Position numbers and translations under genes: made by a program. Shown piece by piece: positions 55,287 through 64,000 of a stretch of 64,000 bases of DNA. The notes under the pieces were generated by a model, which had not been told where the DNA came from, ran no database searches, and saw only the letters and a list, made by a program, of their open reading frames with translations. This DNA is from Candidatus Levyibacteriota bacterium (lineage in GTDB: Bacteria > Patescibacteriota > Microgenomatia > Levybacterales > UBA12049), in NCBI GenBank assembly GCA_016199085.1, contig JACQHJ010000009.1, positions 41,667-105,666 on the forward strand. The letters are read 5' to 3'. Numbering within the stretch: position 1 is the stretch's first letter; each line of letters opens with the position of its first letter.

Positions 55287-56059
55287 ACTTTCCACCTTGG
55301 ATCCTCTTTCCAAATTTTGTTCAAATCACTGACATCGGCATAAGTATCCATACAGTGCCAAAAACCATCATGAGAATAAACCGATAATTGCTTTTTAGAA
55401 ACCAGCCTTTTTAAAGCCTCATGCTCAAATTCTGCAGGATTTATATATTTAAAAAACTCTCTTTTAAAAACCATAAATCCCCCATTAGTTCTTTCTTTTA
55501 AAATAGGTTTTTCTATGAAGCTTTCCGCAATGAGTTTTTGGTTGATTTTTAAAAGTCCGTATTTACTTCGGGGATGGACTCCGGTGATCGTTCCTATTGT
55601 CCCTTGTCTTTTATGAAAGTTTACAAGCTTACTAATATCAATGTCTGCAACACCATCTCCATAAGTTACCATAAAATATTTATCTGTTTTTGGAATAAAG
55701 TTTTTAACCCTCAAGATCCTTTCGCCGGGTAGAGTTTCTTCTCCTGTATCTACAAATGTAATTTTAAAATTATCATTTTTATTTTCATTCTTTTTGCCTT
55801 TATGAATTAACGTTTTACCTGTTTTTGTAGAAATGGAGAAATTATTTGAGTAGTGTTTTTGGTTTAAAAAATATTGTTTTATCTGATCACCTTTGTAACC
55901 AAGAGCAATAATGAAGTCATTAAATCCGTAATGTGCATATATTTTCATTATATGCCACAATATTGGCATGTCTCCAATTTGAACCATGGGCTTTGGTTTA
56001 AACTCCGTTTCTTCTTTAAGCCTATAACCTAAACCTCCACATAGAATAATTGTCTTCAT
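55274..56059 (-). CDS. rfbF: Glucose-1-phosphate cytidylyltransferase (RfbF/DdhA)
   Basis: 261 aa; [57 protein letters not shown] is nearly collinear with Salmonella RfbF [57 protein letters not shown]; also [10 protein letters not shown] and GFWHCMDT (RfbF YGDGVADLDI / GFWQPMDT). Confidence 0.85.
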   Translation of the reverse strand: [261 protein letters not shown]

Positions 56060-57093
56060 AGGTATTTACTAAATTTTAACTTTAGCACGGCAAAACTAGT
56101 AAATCTGACGTAGTATATCAAAAATAGCAAACACATAAAAGGATGGAGAAACCATGCAGCGTCTCTTACTTTTAAAAATCCTCTTATGCTTAAAAATAAA
56201 GGCTGGATAAATGTAACTGTATAAAAAATATATTTTGATAAATTCACTATGTCTTTTGGGGAATTAAAATCAAAAACTGCGTATCTTCTATGATCTAAGT
56301 ACTTTGACAATGAATATCTCTTAACATATAAAACTCTTCTTCTAACAAGATCAAAAATTCCATTTCCTATATCATGCTCAATACTTGTCGTTTTTACTAC
56401 AGCAAATCTTTTGAAACCTAATTTTAATAGATCTACATAAATATCTATATGCACATAAGCTTCGGGAGAAATATCTGCCTTTAGCAAAATCTTTCTTCTT
56501 GTCAAAAATCCATTATCTCCTACTGTTGGAAGATTATTTTTATTGAATTCAACTACATCGTAGTTTTTCTCCCTTTTAATTATTTTCCCTTTTAAGTACT
56601 TATCTGTTAACCAGGTTTCCCTATCTGCTTTATTTAGATATAGGGCAACAGGATCGCTAATCCCAAAACAAGCACAATATCTATCAAGCAGCTTCATGTT
56701 TTTATTTATCCCGTAATGCAGAGTAAAGGTTGAGATTATTTTTCTATCGTCAATGAAAGGTTGAATTAACTGCCGTAAAGAATTTTTATCCGATAAGACA
56801 TTATCTGACTCAAGCCAAAGAACAATGTCGTTTTTTGCCTTTTTTACGGCAAATACTCTTCTTACCTCACTTTGGTCTCTCAAGTTTTTTTTAACTATCA
56901 ACTTGCATCCATAATTTTTTAAGTAATTAATTTTGTTTTTTTCTGAACCCCCATCGACTATAATGTGCTCAATCAACTGTTTTGGATAATCTTGATTTTT
57001 AATTGATTCTAAAACTTTCCTGAAAACTTTGGGATTGGGATTTAGAGTAATAGTTAAAATTGATATGCTGGGAAGTGAAAAGCTCTTCTTCAT
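56056..57093 (-). CDS. Glycosyltransferase family 2
   Basis: 345 aa; ISILTITLNPN...HIIVDGGSEK...LWLESDNVL (GT2 DGGS/DXD-type motifs). Confidence 0.7.
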   Translation of the reverse strand: MKKSFSLPSISILTITLNPNPKVFRKVLESIKNQDYPKQLIEHIIVDGGSEKNKINYLKNYGCKLIVKKNLRDQSEVRRVFAVKKAKNDIVLWLESDNVLSDKNSLRQLIQPFIDDRKIISTFTLHYGINKNMKLLDRYCACFGISDPVALYLNKADRETWLTDKYLKGKIIKREKNYDVVEFNKNNLPTVGDNGFLTRRKILLKADISPEAYVHIDIYVDLLKLGFKRFAVVKTTSIEHDIGNGIFDLVRRRVLYVKRYSLSKYLDHRRYAVFDFNSPKDIVNLSKYIFYTVTFIQPLFLSIRGFLKVRDAAWFLHPFMCLLFLIYYVRFTSFAVLKLKFSKYL

Positions 57094-57207
57094 TGTATTG
57101 AATTAGGAATTGTCGTATTATAGCATCTAAAGATATCCAAATAAAATAAAAGAAAGATTGTTATTGTCAAGAAATTTTATTTAATGTAAAATCATTTTGT
57201 AAATAAG

Positions 57208-58407
57208 ATGAAAGGATTAAGAGTTTCATACGCACAAGCCGTCCACGATGACGCTGAGACAAAAAAAATTCTTTCTGTACTAAAGGAACATAGAACCATA
57301 ATCGGAAAAGAAACAGAAGAGTTCGAGAAAAGAGTCGCAACGCATTTTGGAAAAAAATATGCAGTTATGGTAAATTCCGGCTCTTCTGCAAATTTAATTG
57401 CCGTCAGATTATTAAATTTACCTGCCCATTCAGAAGTGATTACACCGCTACTTACTTTTTCAACTACTATTGCTCCCCTTTTACAAAATGGCCTTGTCCC
57501 CGTCTTTGCCGATGTAGAAGAGGGAAAATACATAATTAATTTAGACGAAATAGAAAAACTTATTTCAAAAAAAACAAAAGCCCTTATGATTCCTCTTCTA
57601 ATAGGAAACGTTCCAGATATGAAAAGACTTAGACGGATTGCCGATAAGCATAAATTGTTTATTATTGAAGACTCATGCGATACCCTGGGAGCAACCTTTG
57701 ATGGAAAACCAACCGGCTACTATACAGATATTTCGACAACAAGCTTTTATGGATCACACATTATAACAGCAGGGGGCGGGGGAGGCATGGTAATGGTAAA
57801 CAGCACTAGCTGGAGAGATAAGGCAAAGGTTTTGCGAGGATGGGGAAGAAGTTCTTCTATTTTTAGCGAGTCTGAAAGTATAGATAAAAGGTTTAAGGCA
57901 AAAATAGGAAATATTCAATACGATGCAAAGTTTATTTTTGATGAAATAGCCTATAATTTCATGCCGATGGAAATTGGTTCTGCTTTTGGCAATGCACAAC
58001 TTGATAAATTACCCAAATTTAAGGCAACGAGGGAGAAGAATTTTAAGCATCTTTATGAATTTTTCAAAAAGTACGAAAGGTTTTTTATTCTCCCTAACCA
58101 GGATAAAAAAGTAAGAACTCAATGGCTGGCCTTTCCCCTAACAATTAAGGAAAACAGTCCTTTTACAAGACTTGAATTAGTAAAATATTTGGAACTAAAC
58201 AATATACAAACTCGCCCAATATTTACGGGCAACATTTTGATGCAACCCGGATTTAAAAACATCCCTCATAGAAAAAATGGTAAATATACTTATACAAATC
58301 AAGTAATGAAGCAAAGTCTTCTAATTGGATGTCATCATGGATTAAAAAAGGAACATCTAGATAAACTAAAAAATGTTTTTAGTAAATTATTAAATAAATA
58401 TTCTTAA
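57208..58407 (+). CDS. DegT/DnrJ/EryC1-family PLP/PMP enzyme of the 3-dehydrase type (RfbH/E1- and ColD-like): His replaces the Schiff-base Lys, no Fe-S cysteine motif
   Basis: 399 aa; VMVNSGSSANLIAVRLL, NGLVPVFADVEEGKYIIN, RLRRIADKHKLFIIEDSCDTLGATFDGK, TTSFYGSHIITAGGGGG and TRPIFTGNILMQPGF align to Salmonella RfbH and E. coli ColD; codon 184 is CAC (His, nt 57757-57759) where aminotransferases have Lys; the E1 CYCAPGCDNTC [2Fe-2S] motif is absent (only 2 Cys in the protein). Confidence 0.75.
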   Translation: MKGLRVSYAQAVHDDAETKKILSVLKEHRTIIGKETEEFEKRVATHFGKKYAVMVNSGSSANLIAVRLLNLPAHSEVITPLLTFSTTIAPLLQNGLVPVFADVEEGKYIINLDEIEKLISKKTKALMIPLLIGNVPDMKRLRRIADKHKLFIIEDSCDTLGATFDGKPTGYYTDISTTSFYGSHIITAGGGGGMVMVNSTSWRDKAKVLRGWGRSSSIFSESESIDKRFKAKIGNIQYDAKFIFDEIAYNFMPMEIGSAFGNAQLDKLPKFKATREKNFKHLYEFFKKYERFFILPNQDKKVRTQWLAFPLTIKENSPFTRLELVKYLELNNIQTRPIFTGNILMQPGFKNIPHRKNGKYTYTNQVMKQSLLIGCHHGLKKEHLDKLKNVFSKLLNKYS

Positions 58408-59249
58408 GCTCTCTTTTGGGCAAGAATTGCTACGCCAAGACCTTTTTTATTATTTATCATTGTATCTACTTGGGATAATACAATAAGGAACGGATAAAAA
58501 AGTCCTGCAAGAATAAAACTTTTTTCAAGCAGAATATGGTTAATCTCCCATGCGAGTTTTCCAAAAAATCCAAATGTATGCCTTACCACTATTATTTTAA
58601 ATTTAAAATCTACGAGTTCTTTTATTAACTGCCTTACCACAAAGCCTTCACGAACGTGATCTTCGTGATGCCACTTTTTAAGCTGGCTAAATATCCTTTC
58701 TTGATTAGGTTGGGGAGTATGAATATAAAGATATCCTTTATTAGCCAATTGTCCATAAAAGTTTTTTAAAACCTTTCTGTAATCCTTTATGTGTTCCAAA
58801 ACATCAATATTAACTATTAAATCATATTTTTGTTTATCGTATTCCCTGGAAATATCTCTATAATAAAAATCTATTTCGCTAAATCCTAATTCCTCGGCAA
58901 ATTTCTTAGAAAAATTAATTTTGTTCTTATCGATCTCCTCCCCTACTATTCCTGCCTTAGGGAACATCTTGCAAAGCCAAAATGAATAGGTTCCGATTCC
59001 GCTCCCTGCATCAAGAACATTTTTAACCCTTTCCTTATTTACTTTTTCTGATATTATTTTTTTAAAATATAGGCTTCTAATTAAAAATCCAACCTCGGGA
59101 ATCCCAAATATTTGTATGTAAATTTTTTGAAGCAAAAAGATAAGGCTCTTATTGCTTGTTTTTTTTACTTTCCTACCATACTCATGCTTCATCTCTTTAA
59201 ATGAGTCAAGGAGTATCTCGGGATGTCGTGAATATTCTGATCCGATCAT
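58404..59249 (-). CDS. Class I SAM-dependent methyltransferase
   Basis: 281 aa; VLDAGSGIGTYSFWL (motif I) ... LIVNIDVLEHI. Confidence 0.7.
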   Translation of the reverse strand: MIGSEYSRHPEILLDSFKEMKHEYGRKVKKTSNKSLIFLLQKIYIQIFGIPEVGFLIRSLYFKKIISEKVNKERVKNVLDAGSGIGTYSFWLCKMFPKAGIVGEEIDKNKINFSKKFAEELGFSEIDFYYRDISREYDKQKYDLIVNIDVLEHIKDYRKVLKNFYGQLANKGYLYIHTPQPNQERIFSQLKKWHHEDHVREGFVVRQLIKELVDFKFKIIVVRHTFGFFGKLAWEINHILLEKSFILAGLFYPFLIVLSQVDTMINNKKGLGVAILAQKRA

Positions 59250-59258
59250 AAAAATATA

Positions 59259-60578
59259 TTACTGTTCATTATATAAAAAAACACTCCAAATATTTAGTAG
59301 AAAAATAAAGGTCAAAAGGGCAGTGTTTAACATATTTGTTTTTTTCAACGTCTTTGGAAAAAATAAAGGAAGCAAAGATAATCCACAAAGTACTAAAAAT
59401 AGTCTTAAGACTATAAAAGAAAAACCAAAATAAGTAGCCCAAGTAAGCTGGAGCATTGATAAACCCGTAAACATTAACAGTAATAACGTATAAATGCGGT
59501 TTTTATTGAAATATTCTTTAATAAATAAGGCTATTGAAATAACCAAGAATGGGTAAAAAGGATATCTGTACCATCCATGCTGAGGTTCGTTAGGGATCGC
59601 AAAAATAAAAATAAAAAAGTAAGTCAGAAATGGAAGTAATAATAAGTAATTTTTCCTAAAGTTTTTCAGACTAAGAATAAAAATTGCAAACCACCCAAAA
59701 TATATCCACCCATCAATTAGGAATCTATCTACAAGATATGGCGAGGTAAACAACGCAAAAAAACTATTAAAAGTTAAATCATATCTTTGCAGCTGGAATC
59801 CCAATAGATCAAAAAATAATTTTGAATCAAAATATATTCCGTACAAAAAATATAGGGAAAATATTGGAATAACTATTGCTATAAACTTTAATGCATCTTT
59901 ATATCTTTTTAAAAATAAGAAAATCAAAAATATTGATATACCCGCAACAACCCAGGGAGCCTTAGAAAGTGCTAAGAATCCACAAACAACAGCAGCTACA
60001 TTTCTAAAGACAGAGTTTTTTGTTTTAACAAACTTTATGGTTAAGTATAAAGATAAAAGAAAAAAGGGAATAAAGAAATTTTCATTCTGAACAAGTCTTG
60101 ATCCTATCACAATTGTTGGAACAGTGGCATAAATAAATGAACTTAAAAGTCCTATTTTATATCCATAAACCTCTGCGGCAAAAACATAGATAATAAAAAT
60201 GCTTAAAATCCCAAGGATAAGAGCTAAGCCCCGAATGCGAGACAGGTCTATGTCAAACACGTCTTTTGCCCCATTTACTAACGCATAAGAACCTGCAACC
60301 AAACCAAAAAATGGGGGGTGCTCAAGATACGGCTTTACCAAAACAAAATGTGCTTTTTGATAAATAATATCTTTTTTATTTTCATACTGGGGATGCGGTG
60401 ACCAAGATATTGGAACATGATTTTGAATCAGGTTTATTCCAAGCCAGACCCAGGCATACTCATCAAAGGTTGCTCCAAGCCTTGGCCACGTATAGAGATC
60501 GTTTTGCCTTAAAACTAATCCCAAAACAAGGATTAATCCTAAGATTAAAAATCTAAATTTAAATAAATACTTATCCAT
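59259..60578 (-). CDS. GT-C glycosyltransferase, ArnT/PMT (GT39/GT83)-like
   Basis: ORF 59259..60659; start at internal Met (60578, MDKYLFKFRF...) removes the overlap with the upstream GT4; first-loop acidic motif LGATFDEYAW (DE motif of PMT_2/ArnT enzymes); about 12 TM helices. Confidence 0.55.
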   Translation of the reverse strand: MDKYLFKFRFLILGLILVLGLVLRQNDLYTWPRLGATFDEYAWVWLGINLIQNHVPISWSPHPQYENKKDIIYQKAHFVLVKPYLEHPPFFGLVAGSYALVNGAKDVFDIDLSRIRGLALILGILSIFIIYVFAAEVYGYKIGLLSSFIYATVPTIVIGSRLVQNENFFIPFFLLSLYLTIKFVKTKNSVFRNVAAVVCGFLALSKAPWVVAGISIFLIFLFLKRYKDALKFIAIVIPIFSLYFLYGIYFDSKLFFDLLGFQLQRYDLTFNSFFALFTSPYLVDRFLIDGWIYFGWFAIFILSLKNFRKNYLLLLPFLTYFFIFIFAIPNEPQHGWYRYPFYPFLVISIALFIKEYFNKNRIYTLLLLMFTGLSMLQLTWATYFGFSFIVLRLFLVLCGLSLLPLFFPKTLKKTNMLNTALLTFIFLLNIWSVFLYNEQ

Positions 60579-61677
60579 TTCTTGCAACTCTTTTAATAAC
60601 TTCAAGGCTATTTGCCGCTGCCGTCTCCCAGTTAAATGTATTTGCCCATTTCTTAGCATTTTTACTAAGTTTTAGCCTTAATTCTTTGTTTTTTAATATT
60701 CTACAGATGTTATCAATAAACTCTTTTTCGTCTTTTGACAAATACCCAGTCTGACCATGTCTTATTGACTCAGAAAGCCCTGCTACATCAAATGCCACTG
60801 CTGGAGCACCATATAAATTTGCTTCTATAACTGATATTCCCCAACCCTCCCCAATCGAAGGGTTAACAAATACCCAGGCTTTAGATAATAGATGCTTTTT
60901 CTCAGCCTCGCTTACCGGTCCAATTATATTCACTTTTCTTCTGGTAATACTTCTCATTGTTATGTCTGTGATTGAAGAAGCCTCTGTGCCCCAACCCGCG
61001 ATCATTAAATGCGCATTCGGTACGCGTTTTAAGACCTCAGGCATTATTTTAATAAGCAAATCTACTCTTTTATATTTTTTAATTCTTCCAAGATAAAGAA
61101 TGGTAGGTTTATAGAATTTATTTACAGATGCATTTTGTTTTTTACCATTAATACCACAATAAACTATTTCGATATTCTTATTTTTAAAACCTCGCTCTAT
61201 CAGATCATCCTTGGTAGTTTTAGATATAGCAATGATTTTTGTTTTGTAGTAGAAAAGTGGAAATAAATACCTTTCAATGATAAATCCAACTATATTAATA
61301 GGAAAAGGAAGTTCTACAAAAAATTGTTTTCCGTGGACATGATAGACTACTGCAACTTTAGGTTTTCGGCAGTAAATAGTCGTAAAAAAAGGTATCCCGT
61401 TTTGCACGTCAACGACTACATCTGTATTTTTTCTAAATCTTGTAAAATAATATATAAATGCCCAAAGGTACAAAGTAAATCTTCCGCCTTTTCTGTAAAT
61501 TTTAATCCCGCTGATCGTTTCTTCGCTTGGCAATTTTCCCCTTACATCCTGTCCGCAAAAAAGAGTAACTTTGTGGCCCATTTTAATCCATCTTTTAGCA
61601 AGTTCCGAAATATAAACCTCTCCGCCTCCGGCCCACTCATGTTTTGTATCCCTCCAATTTAAAATTAGTATATTCAT
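60571..61677 (-). CDS. Glycosyltransferase family 4
   Basis: 368 aa; MNILILNWRDTKHEWAGGGEVY N-terminus; C-terminal EGWGISVIEANLYGAPAVA E-x7-E motif. Confidence 0.75.
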   Translation of the reverse strand: MNILILNWRDTKHEWAGGGEVYISELAKRWIKMGHKVTLFCGQDVRGKLPSEETISGIKIYRKGGRFTLYLWAFIYYFTRFRKNTDVVVDVQNGIPFFTTIYCRKPKVAVVYHVHGKQFFVELPFPINIVGFIIERYLFPLFYYKTKIIAISKTTKDDLIERGFKNKNIEIVYCGINGKKQNASVNKFYKPTILYLGRIKKYKRVDLLIKIMPEVLKRVPNAHLMIAGWGTEASSITDITMRSITRRKVNIIGPVSEAEKKHLLSKAWVFVNPSIGEGWGISVIEANLYGAPAVAFDVAGLSESIRHGQTGYLSKDEKEFIDNICRILKNKELRLKLSKNAKKWANTFNWETAAANSLEVIKRVARNG

Positions 61678-62414
61678 TTATCGTAGTAATGTACAATTTT
61701 AAGTCTGTAAAACACTGCTGCCGTATCCCAGAGCATTCTTAGAATAATAGCCCAAAAGTTTAAGATCGAAACAGAACTGTATCCGCTAAAATCTAGCTTT
61801 ATGGGAGACTCATAAATCTTTTTATATCCGAGCCTATAAGCTACAGCCAGAGCCTCTACGTCGAATGCAAATCTTTTTACAAGTATTCTTTTAAATACGT
61901 CTTTAGCTACAACTCTTTTATACAATTTAAACCCTACCTGAGTATCTCTTACGCTAAAACCAAACAGAAGGTGCGTTATCGTTCTGTATCCCCAAGAAAG
62001 TATTTTCCGTGCAAAAGGATAATTAACTTTTGAATCTGGATGCAGCTTACTGCCTACAACAATATCTGCCTTATTCCAATCAAAAATATTAAGCATTATG
62101 GATATCTGTGATGGATCTATATCCATCCCTGCATCTATAAACCCTATTATATCTCCTTCTGCCTTCTCAACTCCGTATTTAACAGCAAAACCCTTACCTT
62201 TATTTATTTCATATCCAAATATTCTAACTGTATTTTTTTTAACAGACTTTGCTTTCTCAAACGTATTGTCAGCAAAACCATCTACTACTACAATAATCTC
62301 GTATTTGAAATTAAACGAGGACAGAATATTATCAAGATTGATAATATCTTTTACTATTGTTTTTTCTTGTCTGTATGCAGGGACAACCAAAGATAAATAC
62401 TTAAAACTTCTCAT
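61674..62414 (-). CDS. Glycosyltransferase family 2 (polyprenyl-phosphate hexose synthase-like, soluble)
   Basis: 246 aa; LSLVVPAYRQEKTI...IIVVVDGFADNT...GFIDAGMDIDP. Confidence 0.75.
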   Translation of the reverse strand: MRSFKYLSLVVPAYRQEKTIVKDIINLDNILSSFNFKYEIIVVVDGFADNTFEKAKSVKKNTVRIFGYEINKGKGFAVKYGVEKAEGDIIGFIDAGMDIDPSQISIMLNIFDWNKADIVVGSKLHPDSKVNYPFARKILSWGYRTITHLLFGFSVRDTQVGFKLYKRVVAKDVFKRILVKRFAFDVEALAVAYRLGYKKIYESPIKLDFSGYSSVSILNFWAIILRMLWDTAAVFYRLKIVHYYDK

Positions 62415-62450
62415 CAGTAAGTAATAAAATCTAAACGAAATTATATTACA

Positions 62451-63707
62451 CTATAGCTTAAATTTTTTATAGTAGTAAGCTAGTAGAGATGCTATCAAGC
62501 TTAGGCATACAAAAATAGAGACGTAGATTATTTGATAAAAATCTTTGTGAAAGCTATAAATAAGAATTATTTGTAAAAAGGCCGCAGGCACAACAAAGAA
62601 TAATACTCTTTTTTCATTTAATGATAAAAAGAGACTTACTATCACATTAACAACGCTAAAAAGTGTAACAAAAATCCCAAAATATCCTAAATATTTAGAC
62701 AAAATAAGATAATCTCTTCCTCCTAAAAATAGGTTAATAACAATTTGAGGATAAATGAAATAAAAGAAAGTAATAAAAGATGATGGAATTAATACCAAAA
62801 GCATAGCAAGATAAAACAATTTTTTATAGGCTTGTCCAATGGTATGTCTTTTGATAAGCAGTGGGAACATAACCAGCGGAATTGGTGCAGTAAAATAAAA
62901 AATAACCTTTCCTACTAATGATAATCCCGCATAGAATCCCGCCTGAGAAGAATTAAAAAAATGCTTAACTAAAATTACGTCTATGGAAGTAAAAGACGTA
63001 AGAAAAAGAACCGTAATAAATGCGGGAATAGAATAGTTAATAATCTCTTTTTTGGGAATTACAATTTTTTCTTTACTTACTGCTTTTAAAATTTTGGAAA
63101 GAGGTACAAAGGCAATTAGGAAAATCCCAAGCGCCATAAAGAATATTGACCAAAGGCCTGCAAAAACCCTAAAACCCGCATAAACCAAAACAACTCCGAC
63201 TATTAGTTTTATAACTCCTCCCAAAAAACCTATTGTAGATATAAAAGCAAATTTCATTATGCTTTGTAAAAAAGCGGTGTTTAAAGTAGAAAAGTAAAAA
63301 GCAACAACAGTTAAGCCAGTAATGACTATATAAAACTTGTTTTCTAGATGTAGGTAGTTACTTAAGGGTATGGAAAACAGTACAAATAAAGATAAGATTA
63401 CAAGTGAGAATAAGAGAATAAACTTAAAGGAGATAAGATAAAAGTTATTCACCTTGTTTATTTCATTTTTAGAGTAATAGGCCGTTGCGAATTTAACTAT
63501 TATTGTATTGATTGAATTAGAAGGAATAGCCGACAAAGTGATTACTGAAAGAAGGCTGGCAAAAATTCCGTAGTCTGCATAGGATAAATTTCTTGCCAAA
63601 AAAAGATTTAATAAAAATGCAAGTATATTGGCACCCATCGAGCCAATAAAAATATAAAAGCTCCCACTTACGAGCTCATGACGAATAATTTTTTTTATAA
63701 ATTCCAT
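62451..63707 (-). CDS. wzx: Oligosaccharide flippase (Wzx; MOP/polysaccharide biosynthesis protein family)
   Basis: 418 aa, about 12-14 TM helices with the Wzx layout (N-terminal ...FIGSMGANILAFLLNLFLARNLSYADYGIF...). Confidence 0.65.
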   Translation of the reverse strand: MEFIKKIIRHELVSGSFYIFIGSMGANILAFLLNLFLARNLSYADYGIFASLLSVITLSAIPSNSINTIIVKFATAYYSKNEINKVNNFYLISFKFILLFSLVILSLFVLFSIPLSNYLHLENKFYIVITGLTVVAFYFSTLNTAFLQSIMKFAFISTIGFLGGVIKLIVGVVLVYAGFRVFAGLWSIFFMALGIFLIAFVPLSKILKAVSKEKIVIPKKEIINYSIPAFITVLFLTSFTSIDVILVKHFFNSSQAGFYAGLSLVGKVIFYFTAPIPLVMFPLLIKRHTIGQAYKKLFYLAMLLVLIPSSFITFFYFIYPQIVINLFLGGRDYLILSKYLGYFGIFVTLFSVVNVIVSLFLSLNEKRVLFFVVPAAFLQIILIYSFHKDFYQIIYVSIFVCLSLIASLLAYYYKKFKL

Positions 63708-64000
63708 TATTTACCTATTGCTTTCCTATATGCTTCTACAGTTTTTCTGGATGTCTTTTCCCATGAAAATTTCTTGATATTATCAAAACCCTTATTCTTT
63801 AAATCATCTTGTAGGCTACTATTGGTAAACACTTTGTTAATTCCGTTTGCTATTGATTCTAAGTTATAACCATCTACAAAATATGCAGCTTCTCCGGCCA
63901 CCTCTCCCAACGATCCTTCTTTGGTTGTAATAACTGGACAACCACAAGACATTGCCTCAAGTATTGGTAAACCAAAGCCTTCATAGAGAGATGGCATTAC
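63707..64000 (-). CDS. Glycosyltransferase family 4, C-terminal portion (gene starts beyond the window end)
   Basis: Last 96 codons visible; MPSLYEGFGLPILEAMSCGCPVI carries the E-x7-E motif that normally sits about 280 residues into a GT4, so the true start is past 64000. Confidence 0.6.
   Translation of the reverse strand, partial: VMPSLYEGFGLPILEAMSCGCPVITTKEGSLGEVAGEAAYFVDGYNLESIANGINKVFTNSSLQDDLKNKGFDNIKKFSWEKTSRKTVEAYRKAIGK

Noticed and set aside
1-64000. CRISPR arrays, tRNA/rRNA genes, transposases or integrases
   Set aside because: No run of regularly spaced identical repeats of 25-40 bp and no tRNA-like GTTCGAATC-type T-arm signatures were seen in any of the (short) intergenic regions, and no ORF has a DDE/tyrosine-recombinase motif. 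Repeats found are short (6-18 bp) direct repeats only.

Overview
The window is low-GC, gene-dense (about 28-32% GC in membrane and glycan genes, about 40-45% in housekeeping genes) and mostly minus-strand. Short RecO, short Mur ligases, a compact dcw cluster and split transketolase suggest a reduced Patescibacteria/CPR-like genome; that placement is inference only. At the left end there is a dcw cell-division block (mraZ-rsmH-ftsL-ftsI-Mur ligase, a DUF192 gene, and a second Mur ligase running off the window). A gmk-like kinase, glyQS and a short recO follow. From about 8.4 kb to the window end lies one very large cell-envelope glycan assembly region:
- an initiating phosphoglycosyl transferase and a GDP-mannose-type nucleotidyltransferase;
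- many GT4 and GT2 glycosyltransferases, a hexapeptide acetyltransferase and three SAM-dependent methyltransferases;
- many GT-C-like polytopic membrane proteins, including a 1065-aa O-antigen-ligase/GT-C fusion and a 1151-aa protein;
- a Wzx flippase;
- a split transketolase;
- a nucleotide-sugar sub-cluster with RfbF, RfbG, an E1/ColD-type 3-dehydrase (His184 in place of the PLP lysine, no Fe-S motif) and a TPP-dependent ALS/YerE-like enzyme, pointing to a 3,6-dideoxy and possibly branched-chain sugar;
- a second sub-cluster with a 3-dehydroquinate-synthase-like cyclase, an FSA-type transaldolase, an SDR reductase and an HpcH/CitE-like aldolase.
The most unusual spot is at 22.3-25.5 kb, where the glycan operon is interrupted by three non-glycan genes: a class II Fic AMPylator with a C-terminal wHTH; a higher-GC ORF on a leaderless canonical promoter with a nucleotidyltransferase-like GS-x9-DxD signature; and a convergent 2H (LigT-like) phosphoesterase. 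They sit beside a glycosyltransferase cut to its N-terminal half. There are also tandem paralogous membrane-protein genes with an inverted decayed copy fragment, and several direct-repeat arrays. I found no rRNA, tRNA, CRISPR array or obvious transposase.
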